Source of the DNA: Bacteroidia bacterium
GTDB taxonomy: Bacteria > Bacteroidota > Bacteroidia > B-17B0 > Aurantibacillaceae
Length of the DNA stretch: 64,000 bases
NCBI GenBank assembly: GCA_044229775.1
Contig: JBGASH010000001.1
Location: 10,409 to 74,408, forward strand
Direction of reading: 5' to 3'
Notes under the pieces: model-generated
Database searches by the model: none
The model's input: only the letters and a program-made list of their open reading frames with translations
What the model was told of the DNA's origin: nothing
Made by a program: the position numbers and the translations under genes
Shown here: piece after piece, positions 29,429-38,905 of the stretch
Layout: every line of letters begins with the position of its first letter
How positions within the stretch are numbered: position 1 is the stretch's first letter

Positions 29429-30892
29429 CTATTTCATATTGCTTAATAAAGCTTTAACGGCTGGTTCAGCAAGATCGTTCAATGGTTTTGGATATACGCC
29501 AAATGCAATTATAACGGCGCAAATAATTAATAACACAACCTTATCGCTGCCGGCTAATGAACCAAAGGCATCCAAATTAATATTCTTCTCCCCTAACATT
29601 ATGCCCTGATAACCGCGCAACATATAAACGGCTCCAAGTATAACGGTTAATCCCGCGAAAGCCGCCACCCATGCACTGTATTGGTAAACGCCATTAATTA
29701 ATAAAAATTCGCCAACGAAACCATTTGTAAGAGGAAGTGCAACAGCGCCTAATAAAACAATTAAGAAAAGAACAGCGAATTGCCCGTTCATATTTCTTAT
29801 GCCGCCCAATTTATCTATGTCACGCGTTCCGGTATGGCGCATCAAAATATCGGTGATCAAAAATAATCCTACTACGTTAACACCGTGGGCCAGCATTTGC
29901 ATCACCGCGCCTTGCACGCCTTGCTGGTTGGCCGATAAAATTCCCGCCGCAATTAAACCAACGTGCGCAATGGATGAATAAGCGATCATACGTTTAAAAT
30001 CTTTTTGTACGATGGCAATACAGGAAGCGTAAACAATTCCTACGGCCGACATACCTATTGCTAAATAACCCCATTTTTCTAAAGCTAATGGCACAATTGG
30101 TAATAGCCATTTAATAACCCCAAAGGTTCCCATCTTAAGCATAATGCCCGATAATAACATGGTGCCTTGCGTTGGCGCCACAACATACGTATCGGGTTGC
30201 CATGTGTGAAAAGGGAACACCGGCATTTTTATGGCGAACGCTAAAAAGATCATCCAGAAAACAGCGCTTTGCTGATTAACATCTAATCCACGGCCGGCAG
30301 CATACAGATCTTGAATAGCCCACGATTTTACGCCACTTCCGAAACCGGTATTGTTGTACAAATAGATCAAGCCGATCAACATAAACAACGAACCTAATAA
30401 AGTGTATACAAAAAATTTGAAAGTGATCTTGCCTCTGTTCTCGCCACCCCAAAGCAAACAAATAAAATAAATAGGTATAAGCGCCAATTCCCAGAATACA
30501 TAAAATAAAAATCCGTCGTTAGCTACAAACACACCAACAAGCGCCATTTGCATTAACAGTATAAGTCCGTAAAACGCATTGGGCTTTTCGTAAGTAGTGG
30601 TAAAAGAAGAAAGAATGATCAAGGGAACCAGGAAGGTGGTTAGCAACACTAACAATAATCCCATGCCATCGAGTCCCACCGAAAAATGAATGCCCAACGA
30701 TCTAACCCAGGTACAGTTTAAGGAGAAATCGGTTGAATACGGATGGTGACGATAAACAAAATAGATATAAAGCGATAAGGCAAATTCAGCAACAGCTGCT
30801 CCAAGCGCTAATGTACGCGCCATGTTTCCTTTGGTAAGGAACACCAGAAGCGAAGCAACTAAAGGAATTATAATTAATAAACCGGTTAACAT
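29429..30892 (-). CDS. nuoM: NADH-quinone oxidoreductase subunit M
   Basis: Antiporter-like subunit (FPFHTWQPDTYV motif). Position in the operon fits. Confidence 0.9.
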   Translation of the reverse strand: MLTGLLIIIPLVASLLVFLTKGNMARTLALGAAVAEFALSLYIYFVYRHHPYSTDFSLNCTWVRSLGIHFSVGLDGMGLLLVLLTTFLVPLIILSSFTTTYEKPNAFYGLILLMQMALVGVFVANDGFLFYVFWELALIPIYFICLLWGGENRGKITFKFFVYTLLGSLFMLIGLIYLYNNTGFGSGVKSWAIQDLYAAGRGLDVNQQSAVFWMIFLAFAIKMPVFPFHTWQPDTYVVAPTQGTMLLSGIMLKMGTFGVIKWLLPIVPLALEKWGYLAIGMSAVGIVYASCIAIVQKDFKRMIAYSSIAHVGLIAAGILSANQQGVQGAVMQMLAHGVNVVGLFLITDILMRHTGTRDIDKLGGIRNMNGQFAVLFLIVLLGAVALPLTNGFVGEFLLINGVYQYSAWVAAFAGLTVILGAVYMLRGYQGIMLGEKNINLDAFGSLAGSDKVVLLIICAVIIAFGVYPKPLNDLAEPAVKALLSNMK

Positions 30893-30905
30893 AAATGCTT
30901 TCTTA

Positions 30906-32792
30906 CTATATAATAAACGTAAATAATAAAATCAAAATAACGCCAAGTACCATGCTCACCACATAAAATCCAATATTTCCGGTTTGCAACTGACGTATTA
31001 AACTTCCTAATCCTGTAACGCCACTTCCTACACCATTTACCAAGCCGTCTATCAATTGTGTATCAAAAAATTTATACAAAGCTTTGGATACCATGTCAAG
31101 CGGCTTGCGTATCACGGCATCATAGAACTCATCCACATAATATTTATTATAAATGATCTTTTGCCAAGGCTTTAATTTTTCTTCTTTGTTTTCTGGTAAC
31201 ACGCCATTAGTAACGAACATGGAATAGGCAAAATAAATGACTGCTCCTGCGGCAACAACGGCCAAGCCCATTAGCATCCACTCTGTATCGTGTTCCATGA
31301 TGCTAGGGTTTTTATAAGCGATAATGGGATTTAAGTTATCGGCCATCCAGTTATGTTGATGCCAGAATTCAGGTAAGCCCAACAAGCCACCCAATACCGA
31401 GAGCGCCGCTAACACCATTAATGGAATGGTCATTGATTTTGGCGACTCGTGCAAATGATGTTCTTGTTCGTGCGTGCCGCGGAAACTTCCCCAAAAGGTT
31501 AAGAACAACATCCGGAACATATAGAACGCGGTTAACATGGATGTCACCGTCCCGAAGAACCACAAAACCTTGCTGTGTTCGTAAACATGGGCTAGGATCT
31601 CATCTTTACTGAAGAATCCGGAGAACGGTGGAATACCACTGATGGCAATTGTGCCGAGCAACATGGTAATGTAAGTGATCTTTATTTTTCCTTTTAATCC
31701 GCCCATCTTTCTAACGTCCTGCTCACCTCCCATAGCGTGAATAACCGAACCGGCGCCGAGGAATAGTAAGGCTTTAAAGAAAGCGTGAGTAGTTACGTGA
31801 AATACCGAAGAGCTGTAGGCGCCAACCCCTAACCCTAAAAACATTAATCCTAATTGAGAAACGGTAGAGTAGGCCAGAATTTTTTTAATATCGTTTTGAA
31901 GCAAGCCAATGGTTGCAGCGAATAACGCTGTGGCTACACCAACGATGGCAACAACTTCTGAAGCGGTTTCGGAAATGGAATAAAAAACATTGGAGCGCAC
32001 CACCATGTAAATACCGGCAGTAACCATTGTAGCGGCGTGGATCAAAGCAGAAACCGGAGTAGGACCCGCCATGGCATCAGGTAACCAGGTGTATAATGGG
32101 ATCTGGGCGCTTTTACCCATGGCACCAATAAATAATAATAAGGCAATGGTTGTTACGGTAGCATGACTACTAACGCCTGCCTTAGAAAACACTTCGCCAA
32201 ATGAAATGCTGCCGTAAGTGATAAAAATTAAAATGATACCTAACAAAAACCCAAGATCACCAATGCGGTTCATCACAAAAGCTTTTCGCGCTGCGTTGTT
32301 GTAAGCGGTATTCTTGAACCAGAATCCGATCAACAAATAAGAGCAAAGTCCAACACCTTCCCAACCCACAAATAATATTAAGTAGTTGTTGCCTAAAACC
32401 AACAACAACATAAAGAACACGAATAAGTTTAAGTAGGTAAAGAAGCGTGAAAAACCGTCATCATCATGCATGTAACCGGTAGAGTAAATGTGAATTAAAA
32501 AACCAATACCGGTAATGATGAGCAAGAATACGGAAGACAAAGGATCAAATAAGAACTCAAACGGAATTTTTAAGGTATCGGAATTGATCCACGAAAACAA
32601 AGTAATGATGTGTGTTTTATTGGCAGAATGCTGCAACTCAACAAAAGCAAGTACAGCAACAATGAAAGATGCCAGCACCGAAAGACAGGCAATAGTGCCC
32701 GACATTCCTTTACTCATTTTTTTCCCAAAAAAACCATTGATCAAAAATCCGATCAGTGGAAACAAGGGAACAAGGCCAATTAATTTGATCAT
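30906..32792 (-). CDS. nuoL: NADH-quinone oxidoreductase subunit L
   Basis: Antiporter-like subunit with C-terminal extension (WLPDAMAGPTPVSALIHAATMV). Confidence 0.9.
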   Translation of the reverse strand: MIKLIGLVPLFPLIGFLINGFFGKKMSKGMSGTIACLSVLASFIVAVLAFVELQHSANKTHIITLFSWINSDTLKIPFEFLFDPLSSVFLLIITGIGFLIHIYSTGYMHDDDGFSRFFTYLNLFVFFMLLLVLGNNYLILFVGWEGVGLCSYLLIGFWFKNTAYNNAARKAFVMNRIGDLGFLLGIILIFITYGSISFGEVFSKAGVSSHATVTTIALLLFIGAMGKSAQIPLYTWLPDAMAGPTPVSALIHAATMVTAGIYMVVRSNVFYSISETASEVVAIVGVATALFAATIGLLQNDIKKILAYSTVSQLGLMFLGLGVGAYSSSVFHVTTHAFFKALLFLGAGSVIHAMGGEQDVRKMGGLKGKIKITYITMLLGTIAISGIPPFSGFFSKDEILAHVYEHSKVLWFFGTVTSMLTAFYMFRMLFLTFWGSFRGTHEQEHHLHESPKSMTIPLMVLAALSVLGGLLGLPEFWHQHNWMADNLNPIIAYKNPSIMEHDTEWMLMGLAVVAAGAVIYFAYSMFVTNGVLPENKEEKLKPWQKIIYNKYYVDEFYDAVIRKPLDMVSKALYKFFDTQLIDGLVNGVGSGVTGLGSLIRQLQTGNIGFYVVSMVLGVILILLFTFII

Positions 32793-32800
32793 AAATTATT

Positions 32801-33112
32801 TTACTGTTTCAATTTACTTAATAGATCCGTATCAATACTTTTAATGTTTCTGTAGATCATACTTAATATCGCTAAACCCACCGCTACTTCAGCGGCAGCT
32901 ACTGCCATAACGAAAAACACAAATACTTGTCCTGACGCATCGTTGTGTAAAGTAGAGAACGCTACCAATAATAAATTAACGGCATTCAGCATTAGCTCAA
33001 TACACATAAAGATAATAATGGAGTTACGGCGTGCCATTACCCCAACCGCGCCAATGATGAATAATACTGCGCTAAGCAGTAAGTAATAATTTATGGATAT
33101 TCCGTTTAACAT
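32801..33112 (-). CDS. nuoK: NADH-quinone oxidoreductase subunit K
   Basis: About 100 aa, three TM helices, [12 protein letters not shown] motif. Confidence 0.9.
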   Translation of the reverse strand: MLNGISINYYLLLSAVLFIIGAVGVMARRNSIIIFMCIELMLNAVNLLLVAFSTLHNDASGQVFVFFVMAVAAAEVAVGLAILSMIYRNIKSIDTDLLSKLKQ

Positions 33113-33124
33113 TTTTCGTTCAAT

Positions 33125-33640
33125 TTACTTTGCATCTTTTTTCCCGATCATAATAGCACCTACTAATGCGGCAAGCAAAAGTATAGAGGCAATTTCGAAC
33201 GGGAATAAAAAATCCTTAAACAATACCATTCCTAAATTTTTAACCAGGCCTATTTGCCCGTGGCCGTATTGGCTAATTTGTAATTCGCCAGCACCTTTTA
33301 AGGAACCTACCATTACAAACAACAACATGCCTCCAGCAACAGCGGCAATGATCTTACTAAGCCAAGTGCGCTGAGGTTCTGTATCCTCATTTAAATTCAT
33401 AAGCATGATCACAAAGAGGAAGAGCACCATGATGGCACCTGCGTAAACCACAATGTGTACAACTGCTAAAAATTGCGCATTCAATAATAAATAATGTCCG
33501 GCAATACAAAAGAAGGTGAGCACTAAATACAACACGCTATTAACGGGGTTACGACTGAATACCACCATCAAGGCAAATAAAATGGCTAAGAAGGAGAGAA
33601 CCCCAAATAACCATTGTGTAATTGTATAACCTAGTAACAT
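33125..33640 (-). CDS. nuoJ: NADH-quinone oxidoreductase subunit J
   Basis: Size, TM pattern and position in the operon. Confidence 0.85.
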   Translation of the reverse strand: MLLGYTITQWLFGVLSFLAILFALMVVFSRNPVNSVLYLVLTFFCIAGHYLLLNAQFLAVVHIVVYAGAIMVLFLFVIMLMNLNEDTEPQRTWLSKIIAAVAGGMLLFVMVGSLKGAGELQISQYGHGQIGLVKNLGMVLFKDFLFPFEIASILLLAALVGAIMIGKKDAK

Positions 33641-33645
33641 ACTTG

Positions 33646-34251
33646 TTAATGCTTTTTACCTTTGTTTAATTTTTTATCGTCAAATAACTCATTGTGTTTT
33701 AGTCCCGTAATTTTTTTGAATTCCGCTACTTCCAATGTTTGTCTCTTGCTTACGTCGATACGCTCAGCCATTTTTTCTACCAATTTATCTTTGCCATATA
33801 CAAAATCTTCGCGCTCATATTCGGTATCCACAATTCTGTCGGTTAAAAATATAGCTTCTTTCGGACAAGCTTCTTCGCACAAACCACAAAAGATACAACG
33901 CAACATGTTTATTTCGTATGTGCGTGCGTATTTTTCTTCTCTGTATAAATGCTCTTCGCCTTTTTTACGCTCGGCGCTTTCCATGGTAATGGCTTCAGCC
34001 GGACAAGCAACCGCGCATAAACCACAGGCAGTACATCTTTCAGCACCATTATCATCGCGTTTTAAAACATGTTGTCCGCGATAAACCTCCGCCCTGGGGC
34101 GTTGTTCATCGGGATATTTTACCGTAGCTCTTCTTTTGAAAAGATGGCTTAAGGTAATTAACATGCCTTTAGCAATTCCGGGCAAGTATAATCTTTCCGA
34201 GAACGATTGTTCTTTGTTAGAAACTACTTTACTTCTGTTGGTTAACTGCAT
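33646..34251 (-). CDS. nuoI: NADH-quinone oxidoreductase subunit I
   Basis: Two 4Fe-4S ferredoxin motifs, CTACGLCAVACP and CIFCGLCEEACP. Confidence 0.92.
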   Translation of the reverse strand: MQLTNRSKVVSNKEQSFSERLYLPGIAKGMLITLSHLFKRRATVKYPDEQRPRAEVYRGQHVLKRDDNGAERCTACGLCAVACPAEAITMESAERKKGEEHLYREEKYARTYEINMLRCIFCGLCEEACPKEAIFLTDRIVDTEYEREDFVYGKDKLVEKMAERIDVSKRQTLEVAEFKKITGLKHNELFDDKKLNKGKKH

Positions 34252-34253
34252 GC

Positions 34254-34361
34254 TTATTTTTTAAATATGGATATGATCGAAATAATTAAAATAAAATAGA
34301 ACTCACCCGCTTCTAACATACTCATGGCCGCCATTCCTATGATTTTTAATGCCTTTTTCAT
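34254..34361 (-). CDS. Candidate 35-aa hydrophobic small ORF between nuoH and nuoI
   Basis: Hand translation gives MKKALKIIGMAAMSMLEAGEFYFILIISIISIFKK. The ATG lies 2 nt after the nuoH stop and the TAA lies 2 nt before the nuoI ATG. It is below the ORF-track size cutoff. Confidence 0.3.
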   Translation of the reverse strand: MKKALKIIGMAAMSMLEAGEFYFILIISIISIFKK

Positions 34362-34362
34362 C

Positions 34363-35418
34363 TTAAAATGTAATATGCCCTCTAAAGTATTCAACCACCA
34401 CGGTAATGGCTAAGTTCAATAACGACAGAGGCAATAAAATTTTCCAACCTAAATTCATTAATTGATCGTAACGGAAACGCGGCAAGGTCCAGCGTACCCA
34501 CATGAACAAACAAATGAATAAGAATATTTTTGTGAAATAAGCGCCAAAGCCGATGATGCCTATCCATTTAGAACCATCCTGTAATCCCATGGCATCGTAA
34601 AGTTCCGCGGCGAAAGGGAAATTATATCCGCCAAAATAAAATCCGGCCATGATAGCCGAAGAAATGAACATGTTGATGTATTCAGCAAATAAGAATAATC
34701 CTAATTTCATGGAGGAATACTCGGTATGATAACCACCTACTAATTCACTTTCGCACTCCGGCAGGTCAAAAGGCGCGCGATTGGTCTCCGCTAAAGCGCA
34801 TATGAAGAAAATTAAAAAGCCTAAAGGTTGATACACAAAATTACACCAGCCAGCATCTTGTTGCTCAATGATCTCTCGTAAGCTAAGGGTGCCGCCGGCA
34901 GTAATAATTAAAGCGATCAATGAAATACCCATGGCGATCTCATAAGAGATCATTTGTGATGACGCGCGAATGGCGCCGAGCAAGGCAAATTTATTATTGG
35001 AAGCCCAGCCTCCGATCATGATGCCATAAACGCCAATAGAAGCAACACCTAACAAATACAAAGCGCCAATATTAATATCGGTGATCTGCATAGAATAAAC
35101 TTTTCCGGCAATGCTCACGTCTTTACACCATGGAATAACAGAGCCGGTCATTAACGAGGTGACCATGAACAAACTTGGACCTAATATGAATAAGAAACGA
35201 TTGGATACATTTGGAATGATCTCTTCTTTAAAGAACATTTTACCACCATCAGCTAAAGGTTGTAATAATCCCCATGGGCCGGCCTTATCGGGACCAACAC
35301 GATCTTGTAAGAATGCAGCGAACTTTCTTTCCCATAACGTTGCATACGCTGCAACGCCGAGCGAAAGTCCGAATACACAAACGCAAATTATTCCTTTATA
35401 TATTAAAAATGTCAACAT
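34363..35418 (-). CDS. nuoH: NADH-quinone oxidoreductase subunit H
   Basis: ND1-like (RAPFDLPECESELVGGYHTEYS). Confidence 0.92.
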   Translation of the reverse strand: MLTFLIYKGIICVCVFGLSLGVAAYATLWERKFAAFLQDRVGPDKAGPWGLLQPLADGGKMFFKEEIIPNVSNRFLFILGPSLFMVTSLMTGSVIPWCKDVSIAGKVYSMQITDINIGALYLLGVASIGVYGIMIGGWASNNKFALLGAIRASSQMISYEIAMGISLIALIITAGGTLSLREIIEQQDAGWCNFVYQPLGFLIFFICALAETNRAPFDLPECESELVGGYHTEYSSMKLGLFLFAEYINMFISSAIMAGFYFGGYNFPFAAELYDAMGLQDGSKWIGIIGFGAYFTKIFLFICLFMWVRWTLPRFRYDQLMNLGWKILLPLSLLNLAITVVVEYFRGHITF

Positions 35419-35424
35419 ATATAA

Positions 35425-36408
35425 TTATGGTCTCTTATCTATAGGCATAAACCCTAAAGCTTTTTGATGCTTCATGGCTTCTACCTTAAGTTGATTTAAA
35501 TGTTCGTAATGATTTTGAGAAATAACGGAATGGCGATTGATATGTGAAGGCCCTTCTATTACCCAGTCAGATTTCTTTTTATGATCGAAACGGCAAGAAT
35601 TACAAATGAATTCTTCAACCTCATCCCACTGATCTTTACGGGCGGTAACGCGAAGCACTTCTTCGCCTTTTAACCACACGCGTGTTTTACCGGAACACTT
35701 ATCGCACTTACGGTGGGCATCTACCGGCTTGGTAAACCATACACGCTGTTTAAAGCGGAATGTTTTATCGGTTAAGGCCCCAACCGGACAAACATCGATC
35801 ACGTTACCTGAAAAATCGTTATTAATGGCTTTTTCAATATAAGTAGAGATCTCAGCTGCATCACCTCTGTGAATGGCGCCGTGTACGCGGTTATCGGTAA
35901 TTTGTTCGGCCACCTTTACACAACGGTAACATAAAATGCAACGCGTCATGTGTAATTTAATTTTGTCGCCTATGTCGATCATCTCGTACTCCCGGCGTTT
36001 AAATTCGTAACGTGTTTTAGCTGATCCATTCTCGTAACCAAGATCCTGCAATTTACATTCACCCGCCTGATCACAAACCGGACAGTCGAGCGGGTGATTG
36101 ATCAATAAAAATTCCACAACACCTTTACGCGCTTCAACAATTTCGGGAGAAGTAAAATTTTGCACCTCCATACCATCCATTACTTCTGTACGGCACGAAG
36201 CAACCGGTTTAGGCATTGGGTTTGGATTAGCAGTAGAGCCTTTAGATACTTTTACAATACAAGTACGGCAATAACCACCGCTTGTTTTTAATTTGGTATA
36301 ATAACACATGGCAGGCGGAGCAACCTCCGGACCGATCATGCGCGCCGCCTGAAGAATGGTGGTACCTTTTGGTACATCAATTTCTATTCCGTCGATCGTA
36401 ACTTTCAT
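35425..36408 (-). CDS. nuoG: NADH-quinone oxidoreductase subunit G (short form)
   Basis: 2Fe-2S and 4Fe-4S motifs (CYYTKL...CRTCIV, HPLDCPVCDQAGECKLQ, CILCYRCV). I prefer the ATG at 36408 (MKVTIDGIEI). The 11 codons up to 36441 are encoded by the flanking repeat. Confidence 0.85.
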   Translation of the reverse strand: MKVTIDGIEIDVPKGTTILQAARMIGPEVAPPAMCYYTKLKTSGGYCRTCIVKVSKGSTANPNPMPKPVASCRTEVMDGMEVQNFTSPEIVEARKGVVEFLLINHPLDCPVCDQAGECKLQDLGYENGSAKTRYEFKRREYEMIDIGDKIKLHMTRCILCYRCVKVAEQITDNRVHGAIHRGDAAEISTYIEKAINNDFSGNVIDVCPVGALTDKTFRFKQRVWFTKPVDAHRKCDKCSGKTRVWLKGEEVLRVTARKDQWDEVEEFICNSCRFDHKKKSDWVIEGPSHINRHSVISQNHYEHLNQLKVEAMKHQKALGFMPIDKRP

Positions 36409-36448
36409 CGTTAAGTCAAAAGTTTTTAAGTCAAAATTCAAAAGAGGG

Positions 36449-36802
36449 CTACTCCTTTTTTAAATTGACTATTATTTTTGCTAATACTTTTTCAATTTGT
36501 TCTAATTCCTTTATTATTTCCTGTTCCTTTTTGGAACTATAATCATATCCTTTTTTAATAACTGCCATCCAATAACCTGTTTCGTTTGCCGATCTAAGGG
36601 CAATATCGTAAAACCGGGTCAGTTCTTTTCTTGAACTACTTGCTTTTGCTTCTCGCACATTCGCTCCAATTGATGTTCCGCTTCTTCTGACTTGCGATAT
36701 TACATCAAAATCAACATTATTCTTTTTTAATTCTATCGAAAACTTTACCATCAATACGGCAAAATCCAGCGTCCAATCCTTTATATCTTTATCATACCCC
36801 AT
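36449..36802 (-). CDS. Four-helix-bundle protein (23S rRNA intervening-sequence protein / Avd family)
   Basis: 117 aa. SIGANVREAKASSSRKE...FYDIALRSANETGYW is the hallmark pattern of this family. It sits co-oriented between nuoF and nuoG. Confidence 0.8.
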   Translation of the reverse strand: MGYDKDIKDWTLDFAVLMVKFSIELKKNNVDFDVISQVRRSGTSIGANVREAKASSSRKELTRFYDIALRSANETGYWMAVIKKGYDYSSKKEQEIIKELEQIEKVLAKIIVNLKKE

Positions 36803-36853
36803 TTGAAAGAACGTTCAACCTTTTGACTTTTGAATTAACTTCTCTTGACTTTA

Positions 36854-38194
36854 TTAAGCCATTACTTTTTTATACTTCTTATCATAATGACTTACGTCAT
36901 TGAACTTTTTACTCTTAGCTATTTCCAGAAACTCGTGTTTAAAATGGCGGATAGCCGCGGCTACCGGCCAGGCCGCTGCTTCACCCAATGGACAAATGGT
37001 TTTTCCTTCTATCTTACTTTGTATATCCCAAAGCAATTCAACATCGGCCTCGGTAGCTGTCCCATTTAAAAACTTCTTTAATATTTTCTCCATCCATCCA
37101 GTTCCCTCGCGGCAAGGCGAACATTGTCCGCAACTTTCGTGATGATAGAAACGCGTGAACGTAAATAAATTCTTTACAATGCTAGTATCCTCATCCATTA
37201 CAATGAATCCACCTGAACCTAACATGGTGCCGGTTTGAAATCCGCCATCCGATAAACTTTCGTAAGTCATTAAACGCGGTTCGCCTTTGGCAGTTTTTAA
37301 AATTAATTCGGTAGGTAGAATAGGAACGGAAGAACCACCGGCCACCACTGCTTTTAATTTTTTACCATGACGGATACCGCCGCAATATTCTTCACTATAA
37401 ATAAATTCCTCAACCGGAATTCCTAATTCAATTTCGTATGTACCCGGTTTATTGATGTGTCCCGAAGCAGAGATCAATTTTGTACCGGTTGATTTACCAA
37501 TTCCGATCTTCGCGTATTCTTCGCCACCCATCATTACAATAGGGCAAACTGCCGCTATGGTCTCAACGTTATTAACCACAGTAGGACAACCCCATAATCC
37601 GGCAACAGCAGGGAAGGGTGGTTTGATGCGTGGATTACCGCGCTTACCTTCTAACGATTCTAACAATCCGGTTTCTTCGCCGCAAATATAAGCGCCGCCT
37701 CCCACTTGCACGTAACAATCATGCGAGAAATTAGTTCCTAAAATATTTTTTCCTAACCATCCCGCCGCGTAAGCTTCTTTGATGGCGGTTTCTAAAATGC
37801 GCGCCACATAAAAATATTCGCCACGTATGTAGATGTAAGAGGTTTTTGCGCCGAGTGCATAAGAAGAAGTGATCATTCCTTCAATCAAAGCATGAGGGAT
37901 CACTTCCATTAAATAACGGTCTTTAAATGTGCCCGGCTCCGACTCATCCGCATTACAAACCAAATATCTTGGAACGCCTTCCGGTTTTGCGAGGAAACTC
38001 CATTTTAATCCGGTAGGGAAACCGGCACCACCTCGTCCGCGTAAACCCGATTTTTTTACTTCATCGGTCACCTGATCGGGGGTCATGTTTTTCAATGCTT
38101 TCTCCACCGAAGCGTAACCACCATGTGCGCGGTACACTTCCAGCGTGTGAATGTTTGGAACCTTATCGTTATGTATTAAAAGTTTTTTCCCCAT
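36854..38194 (-). CDS. nuoF: NADH-quinone oxidoreductase subunit F
   Basis: [20 protein letters not shown] site and [12 protein letters not shown] 4Fe-4S motif. I prefer the ATG at 38194. The GTG at 38203 lies inside the hairpin repeat. Confidence 0.92.
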   Translation of the reverse strand: MGKKLLIHNDKVPNIHTLEVYRAHGGYASVEKALKNMTPDQVTDEVKKSGLRGRGGAGFPTGLKWSFLAKPEGVPRYLVCNADESEPGTFKDRYLMEVIPHALIEGMITSSYALGAKTSYIYIRGEYFYVARILETAIKEAYAAGWLGKNILGTNFSHDCYVQVGGGAYICGEETGLLESLEGKRGNPRIKPPFPAVAGLWGCPTVVNNVETIAAVCPIVMMGGEEYAKIGIGKSTGTKLISASGHINKPGTYEIELGIPVEEFIYSEEYCGGIRHGKKLKAVVAGGSSVPILPTELILKTAKGEPRLMTYESLSDGGFQTGTMLGSGGFIVMDEDTSIVKNLFTFTRFYHHESCGQCSPCREGTGWMEKILKKFLNGTATEADVELLWDIQSKIEGKTICPLGEAAAWPVAAAIRHFKHEFLEIAKSKKFNDVSHYDKKYKKVMA

Positions 38195-38196
38195 TA

Positions 38197-38228
38197 GCCT
38201 CACCCCCCGCCCTCTCCTTTGGAGAGGG
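38197..38228 (-). repeat. Solo hairpin-tail element in the nuoE-nuoF spacer
   Basis: The minus strand reads ccctctcc-aaa-ggagaggg followed by cggggggtgaggct. Same family as 16116-16149. Confidence 0.75.
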
Positions 38229-38243
38229 AGCTGGATTTATTTT

Positions 38244-38825
38244 TCATAATGTGTTTTTATAATCTCTGTCGGTATAACTTCTTAACCGGTTCTCGCTTCT
38301 GTATTTTTCAATGAGAGCGTCCACTTTTTCGAAAGTAAGATTTTCGTGATAACTCGCGCCACACTGTAACATGGGGGCGGTACCGCAAGAACCTAAACAT
38401 TCGGCTGTTTTTAAAGTGAACATACCGTCTTTAGTGGTTTCTCCTACTTTAATATTTAATTTTTTCTCAATGTGTTTTACAATGTCTTCGGCGCCATTTA
38501 ACCAGCACGAGGAAGTTTGACATACTTCGAAAGTACATTTTCCTACGGGCTTTAAATGGAACATGGTATAAAAAGAAGCTACTTCAAAAACCTCTATGGG
38601 TTTTATTTTTAAAACTTCGGCTACGTAATCCATTGTTTCAGGACTTAACCATCCGCCAAATTCGGCCTGCGCAATGTGTAATACAGGAAGCAAAGCAGAT
38701 TTTATTTTTTCAGGAGGATAGTGAGAAATAATTTCTTTCACGTCTGCCATAGCGGCATCGCTGAACTTTAATTCTGTTCTCTTCTTTTTATCAAATGTTT
38801 GTGTTCCGTGTACTTCTGCTCCCAT
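38244..38825 (-). CDS. nuoE: NADH-quinone oxidoreductase subunit E
   Basis: 2Fe-2S thioredoxin-like motifs (CQTSSCWLNG, CLGSCGTAP). Confidence 0.9.
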   Translation of the reverse strand: MGAEVHGTQTFDKKKRTELKFSDAAMADVKEIISHYPPEKIKSALLPVLHIAQAEFGGWLSPETMDYVAEVLKIKPIEVFEVASFYTMFHLKPVGKCTFEVCQTSSCWLNGAEDIVKHIEKKLNIKVGETTKDGMFTLKTAECLGSCGTAPMLQCGASYHENLTFEKVDALIEKYRSENRLRSYTDRDYKNTL

Positions 38826-38905
38826 GTTAGTTCGTAGTTGGGGGTTCGGAGTTCGTAGATCCGGTACCCTAACAATATTAATTTTAATTCAACATTCTTA
38901 ATTCT

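Noticed and set aside
35425-36441. nuoG truncated (only about 330 aa versus about 900 in E. coli)
   Set aside because: All N-terminal Fe-S motifs are intact, and the ORF ends cleanly 6 nt before nuoH. Short NuoG lacking the molybdopterin-like domain is, to my recollection, normal in Bacteroidota. This should be confirmed by alignment.
36449-36802. Diversity-generating retroelement, suggested by the Avd-family four-helix-bundle gene
   Set aside because: There is no reverse transcriptase gene and no template/variable repeat pair anywhere nearby.
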